Shown here piece after piece: positions 49,309 through 57,982 of a stretch of DNA of 64,000 nucleotides. The translations under genes and the position numbers were made by a program. The stretch is from a virus. Below the pieces are notes generated by a model. The model saw nothing but the letters and a program-made list of their open reading frames with translations, did no database searches and had not been told where the DNA came from. Position 1 is the stretch's first letter. Each line of letters opens with the position of its first letter. The stretch lies in the IMG/VR virus record IMGVR_UViG_3300021962_000059; one strand, written 5' to 3'.

Positions 49309-50948
49309 TAGGGATTCTCCGTGTAATCTATCCGAAAACTGATATTAATTAGTCCTGTGATCGAACTAAAGCTAATTCTTAATCTTCCGCCCGCACTAAG
49401 AATATTATTAGCAGTGGCTAATTGATCAGCTAATACCGTAGTGGTACAATTCAAACTATTGAGTCCCGATATATTAGTCGTATCATTTTGAATAGAAATT
49501 ACGGCACTCCCACTACTCAGGGAGTTGATTAGTCCAGAAACTTTATTGATTGTTACTCCTACGGGAAAAGGAGGTAAAGTCAATGTTTTCGGAAAAGATG
49601 CTCCTTCAAGCCTTGGATCATTCGCAATAAGTGCAAAAATAGTAATCGGCCAAGAATCTTCGCTGCTTCCCCCGCCACCAGTTGGTAAATTCTTGATAGC
49701 AGAAGCATCTAATCGATCACCGCCAGTCAAGGTGGCGAGAGAATCTCTGATTTGAGAAGCTGATAAAACAGGTAAATTAGTTAGTTGACTTCCATCTACT
49801 GCGGGTAATTTAGCGGTATTGTCCAGTCGAATTAGATTGTTAGCTTCGACTCCAATGGGTATTTCAGTGATAGTTCCATTGCCATTGGTGGGCTTACCTA
49901 ATGCAATATTCCCGCTATTTGTCTGTTGTAGCTTGGAATAAGTGACAGATTGATTGTCGATAGTCCAAGTCGTACCAGAGTTAGAAACAGTAATATCACC
50001 CTTATCACCATCTGTAACCCCAGTTCCCCCACCCCCAGTAGGTAAATTAGTTAGTTGGCTCCCGTCTATTGCCGGTAGTTTAGCGGCACTATCTAACCTG
50101 ACAATACTATTGGCAGTCGTACCAGTTTCTACTGTCCAAGTTGTACCAGAGTTACTAACGGCTACATCACCTTTATCACCATCAGTAACACCAGTAATAT
50201 TAAGATCATTAAGCTGTTTTTGAAGTTTACCAAAACCCTGTAAAACGTTGTCAGTAGTGGTTATTGCGCCACCAGTAGTTGTTGACAGTCCAGTTAATAC
50301 AGTTGTTAAAACATTTGCGGACGGATTGATATTATTAATCTGATTTTGAATCTTACCTAACGAAATTAGCAGCGTATCAGTAGCAGTTATCGCACCTCCA
50401 GTAGATGTACTTAAAGCTGTCAATGGAGTTGATAAAACTTTTGAGAAGAACCCAAAAAACCCTTTAACTCCTGATTCTTTTCCATAGAAAGTATCGTTAT
50501 TAGGATTCCCTGCGATTTCATCAGCTTTGGCTACTATTCCCGCAGCACTTCCCCCGTATTCAGCAACAAGCATATCCCCCGCGCCTGTTACTGTCTGCCA
50601 GTTTGTACCATTAAAAAATAAATTATCACCAGAAACAAGGGAGACTTTTATCCCTAGAAAAGGTAGCCAAAATCCCCAATCGCCATTAGGCTGCCCATTT
50701 AGCCCAATCAAAGGAAAGGCTATTTGATTAGTCTTTCCTTCCCATGCTCCGGTGGCTCCCGTGGGAACAATATAATAGCTATCTGGTGTTAATCCAGAAG
50801 TTGGGGGAGTTGTCACGATTCGACTAATTACTGGCACGGAAGCCACCGATGTTAATCGAATCAGTTCGTTTACAAGCTGTTCTTTATACTCCTGAGATGG
50901 GTTAAGCATAAAGCCGTTATTGCCTAATATTTTCCCAGTCATCTCCAA
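49308..50948 (-). CDS. Tail fibre with a DUF2793-like N-terminus and internal repeats
   Basis: The N-terminal YYIVPTGATGAWEGKTNQIAF...WGFWLP is DUF2793-like. Repeat modules are GVTDGDKGD[IV].VSNSGTTWT and KLPA[IV]DGSQLTNLPTGGGG. Confidence 0.65.
   Translation of the reverse strand: MEMTGKILGNNGFMLNPSQEYKEQLVNELIRLTSVASVPVISRIVTTPPTSGLTPDSYYIVPTGATGAWEGKTNQIAFPLIGLNGQPNGDWGFWLPFLGIKVSLVSGDNLFFNGTNWQTVTGAGDMLVAEYGGSAAGIVAKADEIAGNPNNDTFYGKESGVKGFFGFFSKVLSTPLTALSTSTGGAITATDTLLISLGKIQNQINNINPSANVLTTVLTGLSTTTGGAITTTDNVLQGFGKLQKQLNDLNITGVTDGDKGDVAVSNSGTTWTVETGTTANSIVRLDSAAKLPAIDGSQLTNLPTGGGGTGVTDGDKGDITVSNSGTTWTIDNQSVTYSKLQQTNSGNIALGKPTNGNGTITEIPIGVEANNLIRLDNTAKLPAVDGSQLTNLPVLSASQIRDSLATLTGGDRLDASAIKNLPTGGGGSSEDSWPITIFALIANDPRLEGASFPKTLTLPPFPVGVTINKVSGLINSLSSGSAVISIQNDTTNISGLNSLNCTTTVLADQLATANNILSAGGRLRISFSSITGLINISFRIDYTENP
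49676..50195 (-). repeat. Intragenic repeats of the tail fibre gene
   Basis: DNA repeats at 49963-50025 and 50133-50195, and at 49775-49845 and 50043-50113, with a third partial copy near 49676. Confidence 0.75.
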
Positions 50949-52740
50949 ACTCCTCTATCATCTTGGCTTTTACCCAGTTATTATTTTCAATTTTACAAAG
51001 ACTTTTCAAGTAAGTTTCATAACGATTTAAGTCTTCTTTATTATAGTCTTTTTTGAAAATTGCGTGAAGTCTCCACGACTTAGGCGGCATCCAGTCCTTG
51101 CTTAATTTAGGATTTTTGAATGTTTTGATCATCCATCCCCGGACACTGTCAATATGCTCACCTTTTTTATAAGCTTCTTTGAGAGCGTATTTATAGGCTA
51201 GGTATAATTCTCTATCTCTATCGTGAATTATGATTTCTAATCTTTCGTTGGCTATTTGTTTCTTTTCTTTTGTTGGAAATTCGTAACCACAGTGAGGGCA
51301 AATACGAGCGGAAGCATAAGTGATTTTACCGCAATTTTCGCACTCTTTAATCGGAGCCTGTCCTTTTTGAGTATCGGAAGATGTAGAAAGCTTGGGATAG
51401 TCCACATCTTCGATAAATCCGTGTTCCGTCACGTTCCCCGCTTGATCTAATACCAAACAGTCAATTTTATCTAGCCAGCTACAGAGTCTTTGACCCCGAC
51501 CAGTCATTTGAATATAAAGAGTCCGGCTTTTAGTCGGTCTGGCATGGATAATACAAGAAATTGCAGGTAAGTTAAATCCGATCCCGCAAGTGTTAATATT
51601 TACAATTCCCCGCAATCTTAATTCAGCTACTTTTCTGAATATTTCTCTTCTTTCCTGTTCTGGTGTTTCAGCCGTGATAATAGCCGTGGGAACACCCCTT
51701 TTATTAAATTCTGTACAGAGGCTTTTTGCGTGTTCTACACCCGCAGCGAAGCAAACAAATTGTCTCCCTTGACCGAGCCTACGATACTCGGAAACCGTTG
51801 ATTTTACCGCTTCTAGGCAACGAATTTCTAGCTGACTAACATCAAAATCACCGCCATTGATTTTTACTCCTTTAGTATTGATTTTATTTTTAGTACCAAA
51901 ATAAACACAACCAACAAGCGCACCCTGTTCAATCATTTCTTTGGGAGTAGGACCAGTTACCTGAACCTCAAAAATATCTCCTAACTCCTCTCTTTTTGAC
52001 AAACGCCACGGAGTTGCTGTTAGACCAATTACGAGACGATTATCTACTGGTAGGGTTTTTCCCGAAAAAAGATGCTGTTGCTTACGAATCACTTCCCATG
52101 CTGAGTTTATCTCTTGTAAAGTTTCCTTTGATTCAGCGTGAATTAGGCTAAGATGTTTGTATTTTTCCTTAGCTTCATCAAAAGTGATTTTGTAGGGTTC
52201 TAAGTCTTCTCTTTCTACGGCAATCCCTAATACTGCTAATTCATCACGAATATCTTTAATTGAGGTTGTTTGTTTACCATTTTTAAGATTTGGGAAGTTA
52301 TCTTTAAACCACTGACAATAAGCTGATAAATGCACTTCATCAGCTAGTATTACTTCGGGATTGAACCAACTCAAGTCGCGCCCTCTAGACAAGGTTTGCG
52401 TTGTTGCAATTTGAACTAACTGACTTCTATCTTCTTTATAACCACCAGCAATTACTCCGGCAGTTAATCCAAATTTTGCTAATGTTTCTAGAGTCTGTTC
52501 TATGAGTACCGTAAAGGGTACTACAATTAAAGTCCGTCGCTGTCTTTTTACTGCGGCATCATAGATTATTTGACAGAAAAATACTGTTTTTCCCCATCCG
52601 CAAGGGGCAACTACTAAGGCTCTTTTATGGATTTTTAGAGCATCATACAGTTCTCTTTTAAGAGCTTTTTGGTCGTCTCTTAATTGAATTTGTGGTTTAG
52701 TCGGTACGAAAAGTGTTTGTGTTTGTAGTGTTAGTGTCAT
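50917..52740 (-). CDS. SF2 DEAD/DEAH-box helicase with a C-terminal zinc ribbon
   Basis: Walker A APCGWGKT, DEVH box, TATPWR, QMTGRGQR, and CENCG...CPHCG. Confidence 0.8.
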   Translation of the reverse strand: MTLTLQTQTLFVPTKPQIQLRDDQKALKRELYDALKIHKRALVVAPCGWGKTVFFCQIIYDAAVKRQRRTLIVVPFTVLIEQTLETLAKFGLTAGVIAGGYKEDRSQLVQIATTQTLSRGRDLSWFNPEVILADEVHLSAYCQWFKDNFPNLKNGKQTTSIKDIRDELAVLGIAVEREDLEPYKITFDEAKEKYKHLSLIHAESKETLQEINSAWEVIRKQQHLFSGKTLPVDNRLVIGLTATPWRLSKREELGDIFEVQVTGPTPKEMIEQGALVGCVYFGTKNKINTKGVKINGGDFDVSQLEIRCLEAVKSTVSEYRRLGQGRQFVCFAAGVEHAKSLCTEFNKRGVPTAIITAETPEQERREIFRKVAELRLRGIVNINTCGIGFNLPAISCIIHARPTKSRTLYIQMTGRGQRLCSWLDKIDCLVLDQAGNVTEHGFIEDVDYPKLSTSSDTQKGQAPIKECENCGKITYASARICPHCGYEFPTKEKKQIANERLEIIIHDRDRELYLAYKYALKEAYKKGEHIDSVRGWMIKTFKNPKLSKDWMPPKSWRLHAIFKKDYNKEDLNRYETYLKSLCKIENNNWVKAKMIEEFGDDWENIRQ

Positions 52741-52754
52741 GTTTTTATTTGAGA

Positions 52755-53213
52755 TTATATTTTGGTTTCAATGAAATCTATAGTCACTCGCAATTGACTA
52801 TCTTTTTTAGCTTTCCTAGACGAGTCTATTTTGGGCTGCATCTCATTTTCAATAAAATCTGAGATAGGTTTCATTATTTTTTTTGCTTCTGCGAGTAAAG
52901 TATCTAAGTTTTTACCGTCTCCTTGTATTTTTTTTCTGTTTGATTTTATCTCAACCCAACTAAAGCAAGGAATCCGATCAGGTTCTAAAGCGAAACATTC
53001 TACTGTAACTATTAATTTTTTAGAATATTTATTTTGAAACTCAATCCACATCTTGCATTCATATTGCCCTAGACATTGACAAAACATACGCAGTGTTCCT
53101 TGTAGATAGGAGAATCCGTCTTCTGTTTTTATTTGCCATTCCGAGCAATTAGACTGACTAAAAGTTTCTTTACAGAAAACTTCAATTTGTTTTAATGCTT
53201 CTGTTTTGTTCAT
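52755..53213 (-). CDS. Tandem paralogue family, divergent member P1 (152 aa)
   Basis: N-helix ALKQIEVFCKETF and C-helix AKKIMKPISDFIENEMQ. Confidence 0.55.
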   Translation of the reverse strand: MNKTEALKQIEVFCKETFSQSNCSEWQIKTEDGFSYLQGTLRMFCQCLGQYECKMWIEFQNKYSKKLIVTVECFALEPDRIPCFSWVEIKSNRKKIQGDGKNLDTLLAEAKKIMKPISDFIENEMQPKIDSSRKAKKDSQLRVTIDFIETKI

Positions 53214-53217
53214 TGTT

Positions 53218-53700
53218 TTAACAGGTAATCGTTTTGATGAAATTTGATATAGCCTCTACTATTTCGTCTGTTTTATCACAGATAAAATCAATCTCATTTT
53301 GTTTATCAGGGTTCTCAACGTCACTGTAAAGTGATTCATGGTAACTAAACCCTATATATTTATATATTTCTTTTATTTGCCCTGTTCTTAAGTCAAATAT
53401 TCTACTTTTCACTTTGACTGCTGGTAAATCATCAGAATCTCGGTAATGACACATGACTTTAATATGGGCTATTGTTTGCTTGTCTAAAAGAACCTTAGCA
53501 TTACCTATTAAGTGAATTTGTTCATCAAATTTTAATTGCCATTCCGACCAAAGAAGGCTTTTAAACGCCCAACTGTTCCAGTCGGAATTGTTGTTATATT
53601 CTTTGTAACAAAAAGCCGCAATCTTTTGTAGTATTCTTGCTTTTCTCGAGCGCTCCATAGCTTCTAGTTTTTTAAAAAACTCTTCTGCTGTTATTGTCAT
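53218..53700 (-). CDS. Tandem paralogue family, divergent member P2 (160 aa)
   Basis: ILQKIAAFCYKEY...WSEWQLKF...IVEAISNFIKTI. Confidence 0.5.
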   Translation of the reverse strand: MTITAEEFFKKLEAMERSRKARILQKIAAFCYKEYNNNSDWNSWAFKSLLWSEWQLKFDEQIHLIGNAKVLLDKQTIAHIKVMCHYRDSDDLPAVKVKSRIFDLRTGQIKEIYKYIGFSYHESLYSDVENPDKQNEIDFICDKTDEIVEAISNFIKTITC

Positions 53701-54074
53701 AGTGTCACCTCGGTTTGTATTTCATTTTTGATAAACTGAAAAATATCAATCATAATCTGTGTTCCTTTTTTACGCCATAGATTTAATTCTTCATGTTTAG
53801 CGGTTCCACTTTTCTTGAATGAGATTTTACTGTTTTTTCTGTCATTTATCCATACAAGAAAACTTCCTTCCCAATCTAAATTAGAAATAGTAGATCGACC
53901 TTCTATATAATTTCTAAAATCATTAGTAAACTTTATATCTATCCATATAGACTTAGGGCGATACCCGTAAATCATGTCTTGAGTTCTGCTTAAAGACGTA
54001 AATGACCACTTTAGCTCTGGGTAAGTTTTTTGGCAGAAATTGAATATTTTTGTGGTTACTTCTGTTATATTCAT
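53697..54074 (-). CDS. Tandem paralogue family, subfamily A member P3 (125 aa)
   Basis: MNITEVTTKIFNFCQKTYPELKW...DWEGSFLVWIN...IMIDIFQFIKNEIQTEVTL. ATGA overlaps on both sides. Confidence 0.65.
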   Translation of the reverse strand: MNITEVTTKIFNFCQKTYPELKWSFTSLSRTQDMIYGYRPKSIWIDIKFTNDFRNYIEGRSTISNLDWEGSFLVWINDRKNSKISFKKSGTAKHEELNLWRKKGTQIMIDIFQFIKNEIQTEVTL

Positions 54075-54451
54075 AGTGTCACCTGAGATTGTATTTCAAT
54101 TTCGATAAAGTCAAAAATGCTTGACAGTATTTCTTTGGCTTTTACAAATAAATCTGTTGACGTATCAAATTCTTTTTTTGATTTAAAAGAAAATTGAGTT
54201 CCTGTTCTGTCTAACCAAATCTTGAAAGAACCAGTCCATATTTCTGTACTAGAAATAAATGCACTTATATCTCCTAATACAACGTGACTTTCTAATCGCG
54301 TCCCGATAATCTCTATGCCTATATCAATTCCAGTTGTTTCACCCCAAATACGGGAAGTTAAATCTGTGTAATTTATCTGTTCCCAATTTATTTCTGAGTA
54401 ACGGTCTTTGCAAAAATTGAATATTTTTTGAGTTGTTTCTGTTATATTCAT
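54071..54451 (-). CDS. Tandem paralogue family, subfamily A member P4 (126 aa)
   Basis: MNITETTQKIFNFCKDRYSEINW...WTGSFKIWLD...ILSSIFDFIEIEIQSQVTL. Confidence 0.65.
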   Translation of the reverse strand: MNITETTQKIFNFCKDRYSEINWEQINYTDLTSRIWGETTGIDIGIEIIGTRLESHVVLGDISAFISSTEIWTGSFKIWLDRTGTQFSFKSKKEFDTSTDLFVKAKEILSSIFDFIEIEIQSQVTL

Positions 54452-54867
54452 AGTGTCACCTCGGATTGTATTTCATGTTCAATAAATGAAAGAATGTCAA
54501 TCATAATCTGTGTCCCTTTTTCACACCATAAGTTTAGTTCTTCATGCTGACATATTCCATCTCCTTTAAACAAAATTTCATTATTTTTTTCTTGGTTTAC
54601 CCATGCCGTAAAAACTCCTTCCCATGCTAAACGATCTATAGTGCAATAACCTTTTATTAAGCCAACTTGCAAATTACTCGGATCGTGACTAATAATGTCT
54701 ATGTATATTTTTATAGTAAGTATTCCTAGTCTAGTAAAAAAAGCTTTACATCCATAAATACACGGTTCCCCATTTCGTCCAGTCCAACTATCATCATCCC
54801 ATCTTAAATCGGGATGATTTTTCTGACAAAAATCTAATATTTTTGTGGTTACTTCTGTTATGTTCAT
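54448..54867 (-). CDS. Tandem paralogue family, subfamily A member P5 (139 aa)
   Basis: MNITEVTTKILDFCQKNHPDLRW...AWEGVFTAWVN...IMIDILSFIEHEIQSEVTL. Confidence 0.65.
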   Translation of the reverse strand: MNITEVTTKILDFCQKNHPDLRWDDDSWTGRNGEPCIYGCKAFFTRLGILTIKIYIDIISHDPSNLQVGLIKGYCTIDRLAWEGVFTAWVNQEKNNEILFKGDGICQHEELNLWCEKGTQIMIDILSFIEHEIQSEVTL

Positions 54868-55289
54868 AGTGTCACCTCGGTTTGTATTTCATTTTTGATA
54901 AACTCAAAAATATCAATCATAATCTGTGTCCCTTTTTCACACCATAGATTTAACTCTTCGTGTTTAGCGGTTCCACTTTTCTTGAATGAGATTTGACTGT
55001 TTTTTCTGTCATTTATCCATACAAGAAAACTTCCTTCCCAATCTAAATTAGAAATAGTAGATCGACCTTCTATATAATTTCTAAAATCGCTAGGTGAACC
55101 GTCACTGCTATAAGAGTTGTTACTATTGACCCTTATATCTATTTGTATTCCATTTATAGAATTAAGAATAGGGCGATACCCGTAAATCATGTCTTGAGTT
55201 CTGTCTAAAGACGTAAATGACCACTTTAGCTCTGGGTAAGTTTTTTGGCAGAAACCTAATATTTTTTGGGCTGTTTCTTGTTTGTTCAT
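54864..55289 (-). CDS. Tandem paralogue family, subfamily A member P6 (141 aa from MNKQETAQ; the track start at 55310 is an alternative)
   Basis: The C-terminal ~60 aa are nearly identical to P3. The central segment is replaced by ILNSINGIQIDIRVNSNNSYSSDGSPSD. Confidence 0.6.
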   Translation of the reverse strand: MNKQETAQKILGFCQKTYPELKWSFTSLDRTQDMIYGYRPILNSINGIQIDIRVNSNNSYSSDGSPSDFRNYIEGRSTISNLDWEGSFLVWINDRKNSQISFKKSGTAKHEELNLWCEKGTQIMIDIFEFIKNEIQTEVTL

Positions 55290-55293
55290 AATT

Positions 55294-55773
55294 TTAACTT
55301 TTAACCTCAACTATTTTGCAAAACCTTAAAATAGTCTCCATTATCTTTATTGCCTCTGGAACCAAAATATTGAACTCTTCTTTGTTTCCGCTTGGATAAA
55401 GATTATATCTTGAGTTGCAGTCTGGTGTTTCGTTATAACCGTATATCCAACTTAAGGCAACCAAAGACCCGCCTAACGTACCTTCTATTGTGATTTTTTC
55501 AAGGCATTTGTCTACTAATTGATATTCAGTCGAAATTTCTCGACATTCAATCAAAACTTCATACTTTTTACATTTTATTAACTTACCATAAGTTTTGTAA
55601 AGATAATCCTCTTTAATTATCAAAGTTCCTATTAAACGAATACATTTATCGTCTGCAACTGTATCCCATTCTGAGATGTCCACTGTATCGTATTCGGAGA
55701 TGGTCATCTGCTCAAAAGTTTTTTTAAAGAAATCTCTGATTTCTTTAAGTGACTTTTCTTTTAATACTTCCAT
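55294..55773 (-). CDS. Tandem paralogue family, divergent member P7 (159 aa)
   Basis: LKEIRDFFKKTFEQ...VPEAIKIMETILRFCKIVEV. Confidence 0.5.
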   Translation of the reverse strand: MEVLKEKSLKEIRDFFKKTFEQMTISEYDTVDISEWDTVADDKCIRLIGTLIIKEDYLYKTYGKLIKCKKYEVLIECREISTEYQLVDKCLEKITIEGTLGGSLVALSWIYGYNETPDCNSRYNLYPSGNKEEFNILVPEAIKIMETILRFCKIVEVKS

Positions 55774-55783
55774 TGTTTTTACC

Positions 55784-56116
55784 TCAAATACAAATAACTA
55801 GATCACCGACACAAACATTGATAAATTTCTCACAATCGTATCGAGAATTATTACAAGCTTGAATAATAGAAGTATTTTCCTCAATAGAAATAACCATCCC
55901 TGATCCCTTATAAAGGATACGATGACCAATAAAGTCTCTAGTTATTGGGTCGTATATTGGGTTGTTTGTAATTGAATAAACCAGATGAGAGTCATTTATT
56001 CTCATACGATTTAATTCGCCACGGTTTATTACTACTTTAAAATCATCGATAACTTCAATTACCTTAGCTGGATACGTTCCTTTAGTCGGAAGTCCTAGCT
56101 CCTCGTCTGTTGTCAT
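55784..56116 (-). CDS. Unrelated 110 aa beta-rich protein embedded in the array
   Basis: Intact ORF. Its ATG lies 4 nt after the stop of the truncated paralogue. Confidence 0.45.
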   Translation of the reverse strand: MTTDEELGLPTKGTYPAKVIEVIDDFKVVINRGELNRMRINDSHLVYSITNNPIYDPITRDFIGHRILYKGSGMVISIEENTSIIQACNNSRYDCEKFINVCVGDLVICI

Positions 56117-56120
56117 TGTT

Positions 56121-56243
56121 TTAAGTGCCTGTAGCCTCAGTTGTTTTAATAAAGCCTAAAATAGTCTCCATTATCTTTGTCGCTTCTGGAATTAAGATAT
56201 TTAAGATTTCGTTGTCCCCCTCACTTTTTGGCTCTTTTTTAAT
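56121..56243 (-). pseudogene. Truncated paralogue (only the C-terminal helix of a P7-like gene)
   Basis: 56154-56228 aligns at roughly 75 percent by eye with the 3' end of P7. It reads (ATT)KKEPKSEGDNEILNILIPEATKIMETILGFIKTTEATGT* immediately after an AGGAG SD. Confidence 0.6.
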
Positions 56244-56267
56244 CTGTTACTCCTATTGGGTGAAATT

Positions 56268-56290
56268 ACTAGACAGATATTTTGTCTAGT
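56268..56290 (-). promoter_or_regulatory. Inter-gene hairpin ACTAGACA-N7-TGTCTAGT preceding the leader AATTTCACCCAATAGGAG
   Basis: 8 bp stem. A paralogous hairpin and leader occur at 57554-57576. Confidence 0.5.
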
Positions 56291-56297
56291 AGTGTTT

Positions 56298-56660
56298 TCA
56301 TTCTTGAATCTCATCAAGAATGAAAGTGAAGATGTCTAGCATTACTTTTCGGGTTTCTCTGTATTTGTTGTCAAAATAATCGCATTTTGACTTTCTAATA
56401 TAATCAAAGAATATTTTATTTTCATAAGAACGGTTATTGTCTCTATCGTCAGGGTTTATCCATAATTCAAATGTGCCTACATAATACGCTTCACATAAAA
56501 CACGCTTAAGCAAGCCATCCAGAAAAACCTCTATTATTAATTCATCAGGAAAAAGTGGACACTGAATTATATTATTTTCAGGGTCAAGATTCCATCTTAA
56601 ATTTGGATAACTTCTGTGACAGAATTCCAATATTTTCTCTGTTATTTGTTTTATGTCCAT
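56298..56660 (-). CDS. Tandem paralogue family, subfamily B member P8 (120 aa)
   Basis: MDIKQITEKILEFCHRSYPNLRW...GTFELWINP...VMLDIFTFILDEIQE. Confidence 0.65.
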   Translation of the reverse strand: MDIKQITEKILEFCHRSYPNLRWNLDPENNIIQCPLFPDELIIEVFLDGLLKRVLCEAYYVGTFELWINPDDRDNNRSYENKIFFDYIRKSKCDYFDNKYRETRKVMLDIFTFILDEIQE

Positions 56661-56675
56661 TGGTGTTGCTCCTAT

Positions 56676-57086
56676 TTATTCTTGAATTTCGTTAGCAATA
56701 AAATTGAAAATACCTAGCATCACTTCTCGATATTTTTTGTACAAGTCCCAGTCTTTTTTATCCCACTCTTTTGTTATTGGGAGACTACGAAAATCTATTT
56801 TTTTGTCACAATTTAGATGAATACCAAACATCCCCAACCAACCTACATTAACTAGGTCAAAGTGTCCGATTATATAATCATCGGTAGTTTCTTCTTTATA
56901 AGAAGAAACATCATTTCTTTTGTCTGAGCAAATTTTTAGAGTTACTTTAAACAGAGAATCTACTCCACAAATTACAGTTTTATTTGTACATTCACTATTT
57001 AATTTATCTACATTCCACTCTAAATCTGGGTATTGATTTAAGCAATAACCTGATATTTTGTAAGCTATTAGTTGTATCTCCATCAC
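56676..57086 (-). CDS. Tandem paralogue family, subfamily B member P9 (136 aa)
   Basis: ...IAYKISGYCLNQYPDLEW...GWLGMFGIHLN...VMLGIFNFIANEIQE. Confidence 0.65.
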   Translation of the reverse strand: MMEIQLIAYKISGYCLNQYPDLEWNVDKLNSECTNKTVICGVDSLFKVTLKICSDKRNDVSSYKEETTDDYIIGHFDLVNVGWLGMFGIHLNCDKKIDFRSLPITKEWDKKDWDLYKKYREVMLGIFNFIANEIQE

Positions 57087-57098
57087 TGTTACTCCTGT

Positions 57099-57527
57099 CT
57101 ATTCTTGAATTTCATCTTCAATAAAATTAAAGATTTCTCTCACCATTTTTCTGGCTTTTTTTACTAAAAGCCAGCTATCATCATTCCAATCGTCATGAGT
57201 AGCAAGCATAAGCTCTAATTCGCTGTCTTTGTTATGGTTTAACTTAACCTCAAAACTACCCGACCAGAAAAGTAGAGATTTTTCTTCTGATTGAGGTATT
57301 AGAAGCGACCCCAATATATAATCGTAAGTAGCTTCTTTTTCGTAAAACTCTTGTTTTTCATCTGAGCAAATTTCTAGCTCTAATTTAAATAAAGAGCAAG
57401 AGCCAAGAATAAGTGCGACAACGTTATAGTTATTTTTATGGCTGTCAAAATAGTTACAGTTCCAGCCTAAATCTGAATAACTTTGGCAGAAATTAAATAA
57501 TTTTTCTGTCACTTGTTTTGTATCCAT
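57099..57527 (-). CDS. Tandem paralogue family, subfamily B member P10 (142 aa)
   Basis: MDTKQVTEKLFNFCQSYSDLGW...WSGSFEVKLN...MVREIFNFIEDEIQE. Confidence 0.65.
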   Translation of the reverse strand: MDTKQVTEKLFNFCQSYSDLGWNCNYFDSHKNNYNVVALILGSCSLFKLELEICSDEKQEFYEKEATYDYILGSLLIPQSEEKSLLFWSGSFEVKLNHNKDSELELMLATHDDWNDDSWLLVKKARKMVREIFNFIEDEIQE

Positions 57528-57553
57528 TGATTTTACTCCTATTAGGTGAACTT

Positions 57554-57576
57554 ACTAGACAGATATTCTGTCTAGT
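57554..57576 (-). promoter_or_regulatory. Inter-gene hairpin ACTAGACAGA-TAT-TCTGTCTAGT preceding the leader AAGTTCACCTAATAGGAG
   Basis: 10 bp stem between P11 and P10. Confidence 0.5.
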
Positions 57577-57583
57577 ATTGTTT

Positions 57584-57982
57584 TTACTCTTGAATCTCAT
57601 TAAGGATGAAATTGAAAATGTCTAGCATTACTTTTCGGCATTGACTAGCTAATTTCCAATGTTCTGCACTCCATAGTTCATGTTTATAATAGGCAAGATT
57701 CTCAAAAACTATATAGTCTTCATACCGATAGCTCATGTCTTCGATGGGAGGATTTATCCAAATTTTAAACTTTCCTATTTGGTTATCTTGCCACTCAACA
57801 CACTTGAGTTGTCCGTCTAATCCCGACCAAATACCGTATTTAATCTTTATGCTGTCATCAGAAAAAGTTAAGCATTGAATGATTTTATAGTCATTATCTG
57901 TAAAATCAAAATTCCAGTCTAAATCTGGGTATTTTTCTTCACAGAAATTTAGTATCTTTTCTGCTATTTGTTGTGTGTCCAT
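57584..57982 (-). CDS. Tandem paralogue family, subfamily B member P11 (132 aa)
   Basis: MDTQQIAEKILNFCEEKYPDLDW...IGKFKIWINP...VMLDIFNFILNEIQE. Confidence 0.65.
   Translation of the reverse strand: MDTQQIAEKILNFCEEKYPDLDWNFDFTDNDYKIIQCLTFSDDSIKIKYGIWSGLDGQLKCVEWQDNQIGKFKIWINPPIEDMSYRYEDYIVFENLAYYKHELWSAEHWKLASQCRKVMLDIFNFILNEIQE

Noticed and set aside
49676-50195. Diversity-generating retroelement targeting the repeated fibre segments
   Set aside because: The window has no reverse transcriptase and no non-coding template repeat. The repeats are in-frame structural modules within a single gene.
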